The notes beneath the pieces are model-generated. The model was not told where the DNA came from. It worked only from the letters and a program-made list of their open reading frames with translations, and did no database searches. A program made the position numbers and the translations under genes. From Diplonema japonicum (Eukaryota > Protista > Euglenozoa: Diplonemea), in assembly GCA_964019335.1 (NCBI GenBank), contig OZ025699.1, forward strand, positions 310,001 through 374,000: DNA of 64,000 bases. The letters run 5' to 3'. Positions 23,792-35,237 of this stretch are shown here, piece after piece (the stretch's first letter is position 1; each line of letters begins with the position of its first letter).

Positions 23792-25888
23792 TTAAAAGTC
23801 CTCCACCATGCTCGTCCCGCCAACCCTGTAAACACAGAAGGTGTCAGTGGGACCCTGATGCGTTCCCTGTTTCTCGCCAAGAACGTTACCTTCGATGTGG
23901 CTACTTTCGTTCACAGTTCCGTAGTAACAGAACACGACGTCTTCCTTCGCTTTGGAACACAACTCGAAACACACATCAACACACTCCCCCAGAACCGCCA
24001 CGAACTTCTGCCTCGCACTCCCCACAGTCCCATGCCGAACCTCGCTCGTCGCCACCCCAATGTGGAGGTCGCACTGCATCGCATTCCCTTGAAGCATCTT
24101 AACAAAGGCAAGGGAGTTCTCCACATGTGTTGTGCAGGAACGTGATGTGTTCCACCCAACAGCGACCCTGCTCCCCTGCAGAGACACGATCACCCCGTGC
24201 GACCTCTCCGTGCACATCGCGATACGGGAAAGCACATCATTCACCACAACTGCAACACCCTCCTTCATCCCCACACGCATGTCCACCACCCCCACTGTCG
24301 CTGACAAGGTGTGATGAAGAGGAGTGTCTGCCACAGTCAGAGTGCTTCCTATTGAGCGCATAGAGTCAAACGAACGACTGCTGTTGACTGTTTCCACACT
24401 GAGGTTCCTGTCCCTTCTGTTTGTCGGAGAGAGTTGTGATTCGACAAAGGCTTGCCTCCCTTGAAGGCTTCTGGGAAGGAGCAGGGAAGGGTTGATGTGA
24501 GAAGTGATCCCCTTCAGGACCGTCGCCCCCATCGGAAGAACACAGACAGACGCCAGATCCAGTTCCACCCCCTCCAACACCTCAGGAGTCACAGCCACAG
24601 CTCCCCCAACACACACCCCTTCCATCCGAGCCGCCTTGTTCACTGTCCCCCCGAAGTAGTCGTACCTCCCTGTCAGTGTGTTCAACTGAACATCAACATC
24701 ACCACAGTGTACCCCAACACGGACACGAAGCCCACACCACGGACCATCGCTGTCCAAAGCAAGGTATTCCAAAGCCAGCAGTGCAGAAGGCCACACAGCA
24801 GAGACGAGCCCCTCTTGAACAGAGAGCCCAAAGGAAACAGCATCAGAAGAGCTCTCAAAGGCGACCATGAAGGCATCACCAATGGTCTTCACCTCGTAAC
24901 CGTTGTGCTCGGAAATGCATTCCCGCATCACTGTGTTGTGCACACGAAGACCCTCCTTCATCCCCTCAGGGCACGCCTCCCATGTTGCCGTCGAGCCTTG
25001 GATGTCAGTGAAGACGATGGCGGAACGACCTGAGTTGCTACCAGGTGCAGCGGTTGTGCCGGACCTAGAGAGCTTGGAGGGGGCAAACTCAACGAAGAGG
25101 GCATCAGGGAGGTAAGGGCGGTAGATGTGGAGGTTGTCGAGGATGTCGGTGAAGGCGGCATGGAGGGGAGGGGGGAGAGGAGAGGTGCCGATGATGGACT
25201 CTGCCTCAGTGAGGTCGAAGCGTGCCAGGCTGCCTGCAATGTGCTCAGCTGCAGTGATCACAGACTTCATGACCTCCTGCTCCGCGTGGAGAGATTTGGC
25301 AAAGCCACGGGTGAAGTAGAAGTCCAGGAGGAAGACGGTAGAGTTCGCAAAAAACACTGAACAAGCCTCTACAAAAGGAATAGAACAAGGGAGGGTTTCA
25401 CATTCACAGAACTTCTCTCTTCGGGCTGCTTGTGAAGGGAGCGGGGTAAAAAAAGAATCAGCCTCAAAGAGGCCGAAGCGAGATGTCTTCTCGACAGCAA
25501 GAAGCAAGAGCCACGATAACAGAGATATGATGAGAACCGCAGTGACACGTGAAGGAAGCTGGCATACGAGTGCTATGTCGATGATTAAAACGAAAGCTGT
25601 CCAAACTCTTCCTGTGCCCTCTACAAAAACACTCAGATCAGTAAGGATGTAGAATATCGACAACATGTAAAGCAAAGCCTCCACAGCCAGCATGCTTAAC
25701 TTCTTAGTTACAACAAGCCGCACCGCAAGTACCAAAAGGAACGCAACAGGCACAGACGATCCATACTTTCCGGATAATATGAAAGCTCCACTAGAAATGC
25801 AGCCAGCGGCTGTCCCAATGAGGATGATTTTCTTGGCCATTACCATTGGCAGCTCGTCACCAGGCAGAATAAAACGCTTGAATACCAT
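23792..25888 (-). CDS. multi-pass receptor-type adenylate cyclase (catalytic plus degenerate domain)
   Basis: FTDIQGST..W, YEVKTIGDAFM, RVRVGVHCG and YDYFGGTVNKAARME are intact; second cyclase-like domain lacks the catalytic Asp/Asn/Arg. Confidence 0.9.
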   Translation of the reverse strand: MVFKRFILPGDELPMVMAKKIILIGTAAGCISSGAFILSGKYGSSVPVAFLLVLAVRLVVTKKLSMLAVEALLYMLSIFYILTDLSVFVEGTGRVWTAFVLIIDIALVCQLPSRVTAVLIISLLSWLLLLAVEKTSRFGLFEADSFFTPLPSQAARREKFCECETLPCSIPFVEACSVFFANSTVFLLDFYFTRGFAKSLHAEQEVMKSVITAAEHIAGSLARFDLTEAESIIGTSPLPPPLHAAFTDILDNLHIYRPYLPDALFVEFAPSKLSRSGTTAAPGSNSGRSAIVFTDIQGSTATWEACPEGMKEGLRVHNTVMRECISEHNGYEVKTIGDAFMVAFESSSDAVSFGLSVQEGLVSAVWPSALLALEYLALDSDGPWCGLRVRVGVHCGDVDVQLNTLTGRYDYFGGTVNKAARMEGVCVGGAVAVTPEVLEGVELDLASVCVLPMGATVLKGITSHINPSLLLPRSLQGRQAFVESQLSPTNRRDRNLSVETVNSSRSFDSMRSIGSTLTVADTPLHHTLSATVGVVDMRVGMKEGVAVVVNDVLSRIAMCTERSHGVIVSLQGSRVAVGWNTSRSCTTHVENSLAFVKMLQGNAMQCDLHIGVATSEVRHGTVGSARQKFVAVLGECVDVCFELCSKAKEDVVFCYYGTVNESSHIEGNVLGEKQGTHQGPTDTFCVYRVGGTSMVEDF

Positions 25889-26400
25889 CTCTGTGCGGAT
25901 GTATCCTGAGGTGGCTTGTGAGATCTACTAAATTAGAATAAAAAAAAAAACTAAAAGTAAATGGTCAGTACTTGTAAGGTAGCTCTCAGTTTTCTTCTTT
26001 TTTTTTTTTTTTTTCCCCGGACATTTTTAGAGATCTGTCCTCCTCCAGGCGAGAGTACTGTTTTCCAATATAGAAAAAAAAAAAAAAAGAAAAAAAAAAA
26101 ATCAAATTTTAACATGCAAGCGCTCCCTGAACGAAAGCCGCATGCCCTAATAAGGGGAAGGGGGTATGGTCAGTACTAGGTAACTCTCAGCTTCGGACAT
26201 ATCTCGCGGCTCCTCCATGTGCTGTCCTCTTCAGGCGAGAGGCACCCTTCAATGGCTCCTACTAGTGCCCCAGCAGGTTGGAGAGTACCTTTCCCGACCG
26301 GAAAAAAAATAGCTTCTTGCGAAAGGCTCCTGCGAAGGTTTCCTTTTTTTTTTGTGTTGTTGCATGAAAATAAAAAAAAAAAAAAAAAAAAAAAAAAAAC

Positions 26401-26647
26401 AATATGAGCTTCGTCCGGAGTCAACACTTTTTCTTTTTTTTTTTTTTTGGCAATTCGAAAATCAAAATTATTTGGAGCAAAAAAAAAGGGATTTTTTAGC
26501 CAAACATGCCTTTTTCAGAAAAAATAACCAATTCTTAACACTTGCCCTTTGCAGAGCTTCGACATTGGTATCTTTGCATTTTGACCGCATTTCTGTACAC
26601 AAACTTGTTGACATTTGGACATTTTCCCGGACGAGCTCATATATTGA
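26401..26647. mobile_element. MITE with GAGCT(T)CGTCCGG inverted ends, short relative of 44611-45365
   Basis: AATATGAGCTTCGTCCGG ... CCGGACGAGCTCATATATTG; internal blocks shared with the longer copy. Confidence 0.6.
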
Positions 26648-27044
26648 CAATGAATTGTTTTTTTTGTTTTGCTAAAAAAGAGTAGTAGGTTAACGTAAAC
26701 AACAACTAACCCGATTCTTTTTTTTTTTTTTTTTTTTTTTGCTCGAAAATAAATAATGATTCTTTCTTGCAAGCATCGCACGAGTCGCAAGATGAGACTA
26801 ACGCCTTTATCAAAAAGGCGGCCGTGGCCTTTTGGAGCCGAATCATCGTTGTTACACGTGGAAGAATAGAGGAACTGGCTTGTTGGCGCGTATCCAGGGA
26901 GCTGGAGGCTTTAAAACCCGTTTGACGCGTATATCAAGCCAAAGTTCTTTTCTGCTATATTTCAGTTTGTCACGAGGGTTTAGGGTGGGGGGGCATCTTT
27001 TTCTTTTGCCGAAGCCAAGGTTTTGCCCCTTTGGAAAAAAAAAA

Positions 27045-27360
27045 ACTCGATGATTTAAAGGAAGCCGGTGGGGGCACCCTGCACAAGCACCATTTACTTG
27101 ATTACAGGGGGCGCTCCTCGGCCTAGCTGTAGCTTCTTCTGCGTTCCGCGTTGTGCCCTTGATGCGTGCGGTGTGCAGCTCAACCCCAGCCGGGGCGCCC
27201 CGGGTAACCAAGATTCTGAGCCCGTGTAGTTTGCTGCCTGTTCGCCACCCTGACATCTGCTTCTTCCACTTGGGCGCTACCGGTGATGACCGACGGGGAG
27301 GTCAACAGCGAACAACACATCTGATGTACTTCTTTATATTTCCATGTTATCCCCACCACC
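27045..27360 (-). mobile_element. ribozyme-SINE copy 3 (ribozyme 27233-27360, tail type 1)
   Basis: All HDV core pairings retained. Confidence 0.8.
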
Positions 27361-27440
27361 TGGAAAAAAAAAAAAAAAAAAAAAATTGATAAATCTCAGT
27401 GTGCGGATATGGGGTGCTCACCTTAAGAAAGAAAGAAGAA

Positions 27441-28453
27441 ATATATATGAGTTAAAGGAAGTCTTTGTGAGACGCCCCCTTGTTCTCATCTTCTACCTGC
27501 ACCTATCCCCTTTCAGCAGCGGGTTCTCCTCCTTTGGTGGTCTTGCCGGCCTTCTCCCCAGCCTGGCCGCTCTTTCTCTTCGTTCTCTCGCCCATTGTCC
27601 TTTCAATGCCTCTAGGTCATGCTTGGTCTTCGGTGATGCAAATATCGCCCTCCTGTTCCATCCGATCACCGCCTTTGTCCTCCCGATGGATCGTAGTGTG
27701 TGCACCCTTGTGCTCGGCTCAGCTGGGAAGGCCCTCCTTCCTTTCACCTTCTTCAGTACCCTCCCTAGCTCCCATGTGTGCCAGATCTTCTTCATCAGTC
27801 CATGCAATCTCCTCGCTTTCTGCTGTACTTCTGCGAGATCCCCCAGCTTCCCTCCAAGGGTCTTCCCGGTCACGTTCTCGAAATCCAGTGCCAGCTCCAC
27901 CGTCGACACTGACGTGTTTCTGCTGCCTGCATACCAGCGCAGTTGCCGCATCCACCTCAGCACCTCCTTCGTGTACTCCCGTAGGACATCCCCTGCCGGT
28001 AGCTTGCCGAAGTCCTTGTCCGACGGTACTGGGTGTTCTTGACCTTGTGTGATCTCCAGCCACTGGTGTGTGTGGTACACCTCCTGCCTCTTCGCTTGTA
28101 GGGCTGCGTCCCGCTCCCCCACCACCGCCAGCAGGTACCTCTGCGTTCCTTCGAGCCTTTCCCTGACATCCTTCCCTGCTCCCCTTGGCAGGATGCCATG
28201 CAGCTTCGTACACGGTTCCAGCCCCCTGCGCGTCATGCCTTCGTGTTCTTCCCGCTGTTGCACTTCCTTGGCCTTTTCGCACTCCCACAGTGCGTGCTCC
28301 AGCATGTTGGGCAGCTGTTGCTCCTGACCGCAGATGTCGCAGTGTGCCGTCGTGGGTTCGGCCTGCTTAGCTTCTTGCTTCCTCGCCTCCGCAATCAGCC
28401 ACTTTTCGGTGTCCTGTCCTTCCTCTTCTTCTTCTTCTTGTTCATCTTCAGCC
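27441..28453 (-). mobile_element. 5'-truncated non-LTR retrotransposon, family B
   Basis: ORF end with CDIC...HALWEC zinc knuckle; near-identical to 50499-51512; (TA)n-T-rich sense tail. Confidence 0.85.
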
Positions 28454-28884
28454 AAGAAACAAAAAAAAAAAAAAAAAAAAAAACCTCAGCCTTAAAATAA
28501 AAGAACTTAAAAAATAGCAGAACAAAAAAAAAAACTTATCCCCCCCCCCCCCCCCCCCGGGCTATGTTGGCAAAGAAGCGCGTTTTCCAAGCTTTTTTTT
28601 GAAAATATGGAAACGCATGGATTTTTGGAAAATATGGAAACGGCTACGGAAGCACGGCCCCCAAACCCTTTCCATCCCCCTCTTCCTCCCGTTGTATAAG
28701 ATATAAAGAGAAATCGAAAACCCTTACTCATACTCCCTCAAAAAAAAAATAATATATATATATATAATAGAAGTAAACTAACCTACGGGAATGGAAATGC
28801 CCATAAGAACGACACCTTCGTCCGGGGTGTGACAGGAAGATATACTTAGGCAAACCGCTCAAGGTAGTAGGTGTGCATACTGAT

Positions 28885-30993
28885 TTAAAAGTCCTCCACC
28901 ATGCTCGTCCCGCCAGCCTTGTAAACACAGAAGGTGTCAGTGGGACCCTGATGCGTTCCCTGTTTCTCGCCCAACAGGGTGACTTCGATGTGGCTACTTT
29001 CGTTCACAGTTCCGTAGTAACAGAACACGACGTCTTCCTTCGCTTTGGAACACAACTCGAAACACACATCAACGCACTCCCCCAGAACCGCCACGAACTT
29101 CTGCCTCGCACTCCCCACAGTCCCATGCCGAACCTCGCTCGTCGCCACCCCAATGTGGAGGTCGCACTGCATCGCGTTTCCTTGAAGCATCTTAACAAAG
29201 GCAAGGGAGTTCTCCACATGTGTTGTGCAGGAACGTGATGTGTTCCACCCAACAGCGACCCTGCTCCCCTGCAGAGACACGATCACCCCGTGCGACCTCT
29301 CCGTGCACATCGCGATCCGGGAAAGCACATCATTCACCACAACTGCAACACCCTCCTTCATATGCACACGCATGTCCACCACCCCCACTGTCGCTGACAA
29401 GGTGTGATGAAGAGGAGTGTCTGCCACCGTTGTCTGAGTGCTTCCCAAAGAACGCATAGAGTCAAACGAACGACTGCTGTTGATTGTTTCCACACTGAGG
29501 TTCCTGTCCCTTCTGTATGTCGGAGAGAGTTGTGATTCGACAAAGGCTTGCCTCCCTTGAAGGCTTCTGGGAAGGAGCAGGGAAGGGTTGATGTGAGAAG
29601 TGATCCCCTTCAGGACCGTCTCCCCCATCGGAAGAACACAGACAGATTCCCAATCCGGTCGCACCTCCTCCAACACCTCAGGAGTCACAGCCACAGCTCC
29701 CCCAACACACGCCCCTTCCATCCGAGCCGCCTTGTTCACTGTCCCCCCGAAGTAGTCGTACCTCCCTGTCAGTGTGTTCAACTGAACATCAACATCACCA
29801 CAGTGTACCCCAACACGGACACGAAGCCCACACCACGGACCATCGCTGTCCAAAGCAAGGTGTTCCAAAGCCAGCAGTGCAGAAGGCCACACAGCAGAGA
29901 CAAGCCCCTCTTGAACAGAGAGCCCAAAGGAAACAGCATCAGAAGAGCTCTCAAAGGCGACCATGAAGGCATCACCAATGGTCTTCACCTCGTAACCGTT
30001 GTGCTTGGAAATGCACTCCCGCATCACTGTGTTGTGCACACGAAGACCCTCCTTCATCCCCTCAGGGCACGCCTCCCATGTTGCCGTCGAGCCTTGGATG
30101 TCAGTGAAGACGATGGCGGAACGACCTGAGTTGCTACCAGGTGCAGCGGCTTTTGACTCGCCTGTGCCGGACCTAGAGAGCTTGGAGGTAACCTCAACGA
30201 AGAGGGCATCAGGGAGGTAAGGGCGGTAGATGTGGAGGTTGTCGAGGATGTCGGTGAAGGCGGCATGGAGGGGAGGGGGGAGAGGAGAAGTACCGATGAT
30301 GGACTCTGCCTCAGTGAGGTCGAAGCGTGCCAGGCTGCCTGCAATGTGCTCAGCTGCAGTGATCACAGACTTCATCGCCTCCTGCTCGGTGAGGAGAGAT
30401 TTGGCAAAGCCACGGGTGAAGTAGAAGTCCAGGAGGAAGACGGTAGAGTTCGCAAAAAAGATCGAACCGGTTTCTGCAAAAGGAACAGAACAAGGGAGGG
30501 TCTCACATCCACAGAATTTCTCTCTTCGGGCTGCTTGTGAAGGGAGCTCGAAAAGGAAGAACTCGATGTCGAAGAGGCCGAAGCGGGTTAACCTCTCGAC
30601 AGCAAGAAGCAAGAGCCACGATATCACAGTCATGATGAGAACTGCAGTGACACGTGAAGGGAGCCGGCATACGAGTGCTATGTCAATGAGAATAACGAAA
30701 GTTGTCCAAATCCTTCCAGCACCTTCCAACAAAGCTGACAAATCAGAAAAGAGGTAAAATACGGAACACGCGTAAAGTACAACCTCCATAGCCAGCATGC
30801 TCAACCGCTTGGTCACAACAAGTCGCATCGCTATCATCGAAAGGAACGCCACAAGTGCAAGTGATCCATATTTCCCAGATAGTGCGAGGCCTCCACTTGT
30901 AGTGACAGCAGCGGCTGTCCCAATGATGATGATTTTCTTAGCCATCACCATAGCCGTGTCGTCACCAGGCAGAATAATGCGCTTGAATACCAT
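28885..30993 (-). CDS. multi-pass receptor-type adenylate cyclase (catalytic plus degenerate domain)
   Basis: Same intact motifs as 23792-25888. Confidence 0.9.
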   Translation of the reverse strand: MVFKRIILPGDDTAMVMAKKIIIIGTAAAVTTSGGLALSGKYGSLALVAFLSMIAMRLVVTKRLSMLAMEVVLYACSVFYLFSDLSALLEGAGRIWTTFVILIDIALVCRLPSRVTAVLIMTVISWLLLLAVERLTRFGLFDIEFFLFELPSQAARREKFCGCETLPCSVPFAETGSIFFANSTVFLLDFYFTRGFAKSLLTEQEAMKSVITAAEHIAGSLARFDLTEAESIIGTSPLPPPLHAAFTDILDNLHIYRPYLPDALFVEVTSKLSRSGTGESKAAAPGSNSGRSAIVFTDIQGSTATWEACPEGMKEGLRVHNTVMRECISKHNGYEVKTIGDAFMVAFESSSDAVSFGLSVQEGLVSAVWPSALLALEHLALDSDGPWCGLRVRVGVHCGDVDVQLNTLTGRYDYFGGTVNKAARMEGACVGGAVAVTPEVLEEVRPDWESVCVLPMGETVLKGITSHINPSLLLPRSLQGRQAFVESQLSPTYRRDRNLSVETINSSRSFDSMRSLGSTQTTVADTPLHHTLSATVGVVDMRVHMKEGVAVVVNDVLSRIAMCTERSHGVIVSLQGSRVAVGWNTSRSCTTHVENSLAFVKMLQGNAMQCDLHIGVATSEVRHGTVGSARQKFVAVLGECVDVCFELCSKAKEDVVFCYYGTVNESSHIEVTLLGEKQGTHQGPTDTFCVYKAGGTSMVEDF

Positions 30994-31169
30994 CTCTGGG
31001 AATGAGAAATATCCTGTGGTGGTTTATGAGAAAAGAAAAAAGAAAAAAAAAAGAAACATTTAAGGGTACCTGCGGTGTGTGGCAGGACGCAAGTAAGAAT
31101 TTTGGTGTGGGTGGTATGAGAGGGAGTGAAAACAATAGGGTTTCTTGTAAAAGTACCCAAAGGACATTC

Positions 31170-33242
31170 TCAGAACCCCATCACTATGCTTGTTTTGTTC
31201 ACCATGTAAGCATTGCTGAGGGTTGTTCCAGTTTGTACCCGTTGCACCTTGATGCATGTGGTGCCCTCCATCTCACAGATCTCTGCCTCCGTTCCGTAGT
31301 AACAGAACACACGGTCTTCCTTCGCTTTGGAACACAACTCGAAACACACATCAACACACTCCCCCAGAACCGCCACGAACTTCTGCCTCGCACTCCCCAC
31401 AGTCCCATGCCGAACCTCGCTTGTCGCCAGCCCAATGTGGAGGTCGCACTGCATCGCGTTTCCCTGAAGCATCCCAACAAAGGCAAGGGAGTTCTCCACA
31501 TGTGTTGTGCAAGAACGTGATGTGTTCCACCCAACAGCGACCCTGCTCCCCTGCAGAGACACGATCACCCCGTGCGACCTCTCCGTGCACATCGCGATAC
31601 GGGAAAGCACTTCATTCACCACAACTGCAACACCCTCCTTCATCCCCACACGCATGTCCACCACCCCCACTGTCGCCGACAAGGTGTGATGAATGCCTAC
31701 CGAACTGTTTTTTATGGAATATATCGAGTTCTTCGCACTGAGGTTCCTGAGCCCAAGACGGCGTTCGTCTCTTTTCAGTACGAGTTGCGATTCGACAAAA
31801 TTACGTCTCCCCCGTAGGCCATCTGGGAGGAGCAGGGAAGGGTCAATTACCCCCGTGATCCCCTTCAGAGTAGTTTCCCCCATCGGAAGAACACAGACAG
31901 ACTCCAGATCCGGTCGCACCTCCTCCAACACCTCAGGAGTCACAGCCACAGCTCCCCCAACACACACCCCTTCCATCCGAGCCGCCTTGTTCACTGTCCC
32001 CCCGAAGTAGTCGTACCTCCCTGTCAGTGTGTTCAACTGAACATCAACATCACCACAGTGTACCCCAACACGGACACGAAGCCCACACCACGGACCATCG
32101 CTGTCCAAAGCAAGGTGTTCCAAAGCCAGCAGTGCAGAAGGCCACACAGCAGAGACGAGCCCCTCTTGAACAGAGAGCCCAAAGGAAACAGCATCAGAAG
32201 AGCTCTCAAAGGCGACCATGAAGGCATCACCAATGGTCTTCACCTCGTAACCGTTGTGCTTGGAAATACACTCCCGCATCACTGTGTTGTGCACACGAAG
32301 ACCCTCCTTCATCCCCTCAGGGCACGCCTCCCATGTTGCCGTCGAGCCTTGGATGTCGGTGAAGACGATGGCGGAGCGGTTTGACTCGCTGCCAGGTGCG
32401 GTGGCTGTGTCGCACTTGGGGGTAGCCTCAGTGAAGAGGGCATCAGGGAGGTAAGGGCGGTAGATGTGGAGGTTGTTGAGGATGTCGGTGAAGGCGGCAT
32501 GGAGGGGAGGGGGGAGAGGAGACTGAGATGATTTTAAGTTACTGATGATGAGCTCCGCCTCAGAGAGGTCGAAGTGGGAGAGCGCGGAGGCGATCCGCTC
32601 TGTGGCGCTGATGACGGAGTGCATCTTCTGGTGCTCCTTTTTGAGTCTGTGCGCGAAGCCACGGGTGAAGTAGAAGTCCAACAAGAATACTGATGCAAAG
32701 GAAAGCAGCTCACCAAAGGAATGATAAAAAGACTGAGCACAAGGAAGCTCACTACACTCGAAGACCTCCCTGCGTGTCGTTTGCGATGATAAGAAGGGCA
32801 TGTCCATGAGCCCGAAGCGAAGCCACAGCTCGGTGCTGATTATGACGAGCCAGGAAACCGTCATTGCTAAAAGGCGGTGTGTCACCCGCTGCTTTAGATC
32901 ACAGACCAAGCAAATATCGATGATAAGGATGACACTGGGCCACAGCCGAGTATCGCTCAGAGCTGCTACGTACAGATCCCCCATCAAGACACTTATGCCG
33001 AAAATGTACATCCCGGTCTCCACCAGCCAGGGCCTAAGCTTCCTCTCCCAGGCCATCTGCGCAAAGAACACCACGGCCCACAGTATCGGGGGTACTCCTC
33101 TTAAGTTAAATGGTGCGGTGGCAGTATTCGAAACTGTGAAGCCAAACCCAATTATGGCGACCAAACCTGTTACAAGCAGCACTTGTGTCTTGAAGATAGT
33201 CTTCATGCTGTCATCCTTACGGACTGCCCATCGGTACCACAT
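31170..33242 (-). CDS. multi-pass receptor-type adenylate cyclase with a divergent TM region
   Basis: Catalytic domain near-identical to its neighbours; N-terminal TM region strongly diverged. Confidence 0.9.
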   Translation of the reverse strand: MWYRWAVRKDDSMKTIFKTQVLLVTGLVAIIGFGFTVSNTATAPFNLRGVPPILWAVVFFAQMAWERKLRPWLVETGMYIFGISVLMGDLYVAALSDTRLWPSVILIIDICLVCDLKQRVTHRLLAMTVSWLVIISTELWLRFGLMDMPFLSSQTTRREVFECSELPCAQSFYHSFGELLSFASVFLLDFYFTRGFAHRLKKEHQKMHSVISATERIASALSHFDLSEAELIISNLKSSQSPLPPPLHAAFTDILNNLHIYRPYLPDALFTEATPKCDTATAPGSESNRSAIVFTDIQGSTATWEACPEGMKEGLRVHNTVMRECISKHNGYEVKTIGDAFMVAFESSSDAVSFGLSVQEGLVSAVWPSALLALEHLALDSDGPWCGLRVRVGVHCGDVDVQLNTLTGRYDYFGGTVNKAARMEGVCVGGAVAVTPEVLEEVRPDLESVCVLPMGETTLKGITGVIDPSLLLPDGLRGRRNFVESQLVLKRDERRLGLRNLSAKNSIYSIKNSSVGIHHTLSATVGVVDMRVGMKEGVAVVVNEVLSRIAMCTERSHGVIVSLQGSRVAVGWNTSRSCTTHVENSLAFVGMLQGNAMQCDLHIGLATSEVRHGTVGSARQKFVAVLGECVDVCFELCSKAKEDRVFCYYGTEAEICEMEGTTCIKVQRVQTGTTLSNAYMVNKTSIVMGF

Positions 33243-33380
33243 ATTTCTATTCTTTTGCCCTCCTTTCAGTAAAACTCAAAGTAAAAGACAAAAAGAAAAA
33301 AGTTTAAAAAAAAAGGACTCATGACAGAAAAAGAGAAGAAGAAACACGACAAGAAAAGGATGAAAGAACTCAAAAATTGA

Positions 33381-33945
33381 ATTCACTATGATAGGAAACG
33401 AAGTTGTGCAACGGCCTACCTTATGATGCTCTCGACAGACGAACAACGAGCACCAGCTTCGTTTCCTGAATGGCGATGACGTCCTTCCCTCTTTCTCGCT
33501 TGGTGAAGCAGCGTCTTGACACAGTTACAGTTCCACGTGACACCTCGGAGGGGAGCCACATATTCCTGCCCGTCGGGGCACGTGCCAGGCGGTTTGGTCT
33601 CCGTGGGTCCCCCTTCAGCAGCGCCGCGAGCACCCGCCTCACGACTCCCTCCACCAGCTCGCGCGCTGAATGCAGCTGGCTTTTCGCTTAGCACCTTTGG
33701 GGGCATTGTCTTTTCCTTTGCTGCCGGTGGCCTTCTTCCACGCCTTCGGGGTAGGAGTAGAAGGTACAGTGTTGTTCCTACCAACTGTCTGTCGGACCTC
33801 CTTGGTCTCTGGCTGTGACGAGAAAATTACAGTGGGTAGCAGGGAACTGCCCCAAAAGGGGTGTCTTGTCCAAGCCTTGTTGTGCTGTATTCCTCAAGAC
33901 GGGTAGGAGCTTACACCAAAATTCCATCCAATTCTATCCCTGGAA
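33381..33945 (-). mobile_element. internally deleted family A element (5' region and APE start joined to the 3' end)
   Basis: VTWNCN and DVIAIQETKL AP-endonuclease motifs; 3' end matches 35238-35305; 5' boundary uncertain. Confidence 0.7.
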
Positions 33946-35237
33946 AGGGAAGAGAAGAAGAGAAAGATGGTTCAAAACAGGCTAAGGAGCGAAATAAAAC
34001 AAGACTATGCGGGGGGGGGACTAAAAAAAACTATGAGTGTGGTGAGCCACTCCCTTTACCCTCCTCTTGAGTTTTGGCCGCGGGAACTTCAGGCCATTCA
34101 AAAATAGGCAGAAAGTATATTCCACTCGTGCTCCAACAATCAAGAAAGCCTCCCTAAAAAAAAGGAAGGAACTGGCCGTTACTCTACATGCGCCGAGGGG
34201 GTAGCTGAAATGTTGTAAATAAAAAAAGGGGGAAAAAGAACCGAGAGGGGTAGACCACCTGGAGGAAAACGGCACAGCAAGGACAAGGGTAGTCTGCAGA
34301 CAAAAAGAAATATAACAACCAAAGGAGGTTGACAGCCCGGGTATCAAACCCCCCCTAAAATCCCATGCAAAGGTGGTTTTTTCTCACTTTTGCCAAAAAT
34401 GCACCATCAAAATTACAGCACCAGGGCAGTCACAATGGGGCGTTCCATGCAGAGTTGCCAGCCCGCGTTTGGATCTGCAAAAACATGTTGCATGCAGCTA
34501 AGGGACCTGATATGCAGTCCCCAACTTGCAGGTTGTAGGTGACGTGGGGCTATCGAGAGGTGGACGCTCCTCGGGCAAGGCCCAGATCGCGGACGTGCGG
34601 GCTGATCCGAACTGGGTCTGGGGTGTTTTGTGACGGGTTTGGGTCAAAATATATGGTCAAATGGCCTTTGAAACGTTTTTTCTTTTGGCAAAAAGAAAAC
34701 TACTTGGCGTTAAGTGTGCAGCGTGGTGGGGGGTGTTATAAAACACCTTTGCATGGGGCTTTTGATAGGAAACAAGGAAAAAAAAAAAGCAATTTAAAAA
34801 AAGCACCCCCCCCCCCCCATGCAATGCCTGGAAAGGCCACATAAAACAAAAAAGAAAGCTGATTGTGACAACGCTCCGCCCCCGAATCCTGACCACCACG
34901 TACAGCACATGGGTAGGGGGGGGGGGATTTTTTTCTTGCTAGGAAACCGGGAAACGCTTCCCTTGCCGTTTCCTCCTTAAGGAAGTGGTTTCGGCCAAAA
35001 AAAGATTTCCCTCAAGCCACAGTACTGCGACGCAAAAAAATTCACTATGATAGGAACGAAGTGGTTAGCAACGGCCCGCCGAAAAAAAAAAGGGAGCTTT
35101 TGACGTGAAAAAAAGTTGAACTCGTATAAAAAACCTTTTTTTTGTTTGTGATACAACCGGGGGGTTAACCTGTAGAAGGATAAGCCCAAAACAATTCATT
35201 ATCAATATATTGTTTTTCCTGTTCAAGCAAAAAAAAA

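Noticed and set aside
34300-34357. HDV-like core GCTGTCA-ACCTCCTTTGGT on the minus strand
   Set aside because: No P1' strand or GG follows
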